DNA of 64,000 nt. Source: Macrostomum hystrix. Taxonomy: Eukaryota > Animalia > Platyhelminthes. The translations under genes and the position numbers were made by a program. The stretch spans positions 12,152,001-12,216,000 of the forward strand of contig CATNEN010000001.1 in assembly GCA_950097015.1 (NCBI GenBank). The letters run 5' to 3'. The notes under the pieces are model-generated. The model ran no database searches. It saw only the letters and a program-made list of their open reading frames with translations, and was not told the origin of the DNA. Below are positions 63,134 to 64,000 of the stretch, in pieces (the first letter of the stretch is position 1; the number at the start of each line of letters is the position of its first letter).

Positions 63134-64000
63134 AAAGTCTGGATGAGAAGTGTGAGAAGAGTCGATGACATGACGTCTAGGGTCAGTTTCATTGGAGCGA
63201 AGATCCCAATATTTATTCCCACTGGCAACAGCAGCAGCGAGTTCCCAATGGACCGCAAGACGCAGTTCTGTCAAGAAGATTCTGGCCTCAGCAACAAGCC
63301 ACAGATTAGGTTGCGCATTTTGCTAGCGAACTCAAGTGCCAGCACTTGCTCAATCTCTCAGGCTAGTGACCGTATTTCAGACTGCTCAAATTCATCTCTT
63401 GCCCCACTGGTGGAGATTCTGGAGTCTGTGCCTGGCTATAGTGGGTCAGGAATTTAATTAGAAAAATAGTTGAGCTCAATGCTTCATAGTTTGAGATTGC
63501 GAATCCATCAAAAGGAAGGTCCAACCGGGACCACACCTGGCCAATTTCTCAGCCGAGAGTCGCCGCCGCCGTTCCCAAAAAACTTTCCCCATCCTCAACT
63601 GGCCGCGCATACCTCTCCAGCGTTTTCTTCCTCATCTCTCATTTCCATCCAGGGCAAAACTGGCGCTCCACTTTCTCTTATGAAAGCAGCCAACCTACCC
63701 ACCCACCCTCCCTCCAGTCTCATTTCGATTCCAATTTCATGTAGCAGTCAAGCGTGTCGCGAGACTTCGGGAAACAGCGCTAGATAATTTTTTGTTCTTA
63801 GAAATCTCATTTGACCGAAGCCGGTCAACTGGCGGCCATAGATCTGAAATTGACAGGGACATTGCTGCTGCTACAGTTTCCAGCATTGGCTAGTTTGACA
63901 GGAACACAAAGAGGCTAAACTTATAATTGATAGTTTTACAATTATGCCGCTGTTGCAACGAATGGTAACGTCCGACGTGTGGGATATGAAATCTGGTTCA

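Overview
Eukaryotic (animal) genomic DNA with GT-AG introns, mostly 70-120 nt, GC-rich exons and about 15 minisatellite arrays. The style suggests a free-living flatworm such as Macrostomum, but that is inference only. Contents from left to right: (1) a dead ADAMTS/reprolysin-like metalloprotease gene that lacks its HExxH segment and carries an hAT MITE with perfect TIRs and an 8-bp TSD; (2) a two-exon gene, missed by the ORF track, for a 100-aa secreted 6-Cys peptide; (3) two tandem minus-strand paralogues (A 5968-22251, B 23879-41058; about 36 exons and roughly 3,400 aa each by hand count). These encode giant secreted proteins with a signal peptide, acidic pro-segment, EMI domain, EGF-like modules, many FN3-like 'D-x-S/T-P-P...W-x-x-F-x-D-x-E/H-S-G' repeats and a DUF642/CBM-like domain. 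A and B form a patchwork of near-identical tracts (introns included) and strongly diverged tracts, the pattern expected from gene conversion; (4) two tRNA-derived SINE families; (5) an intronless class A peptide-type GPCR; (6) the first coding exon of a furin-like proprotein convertase. No CRISPR array, tRNA gene or rRNA gene is supported. All alignments and counts were done by eye.
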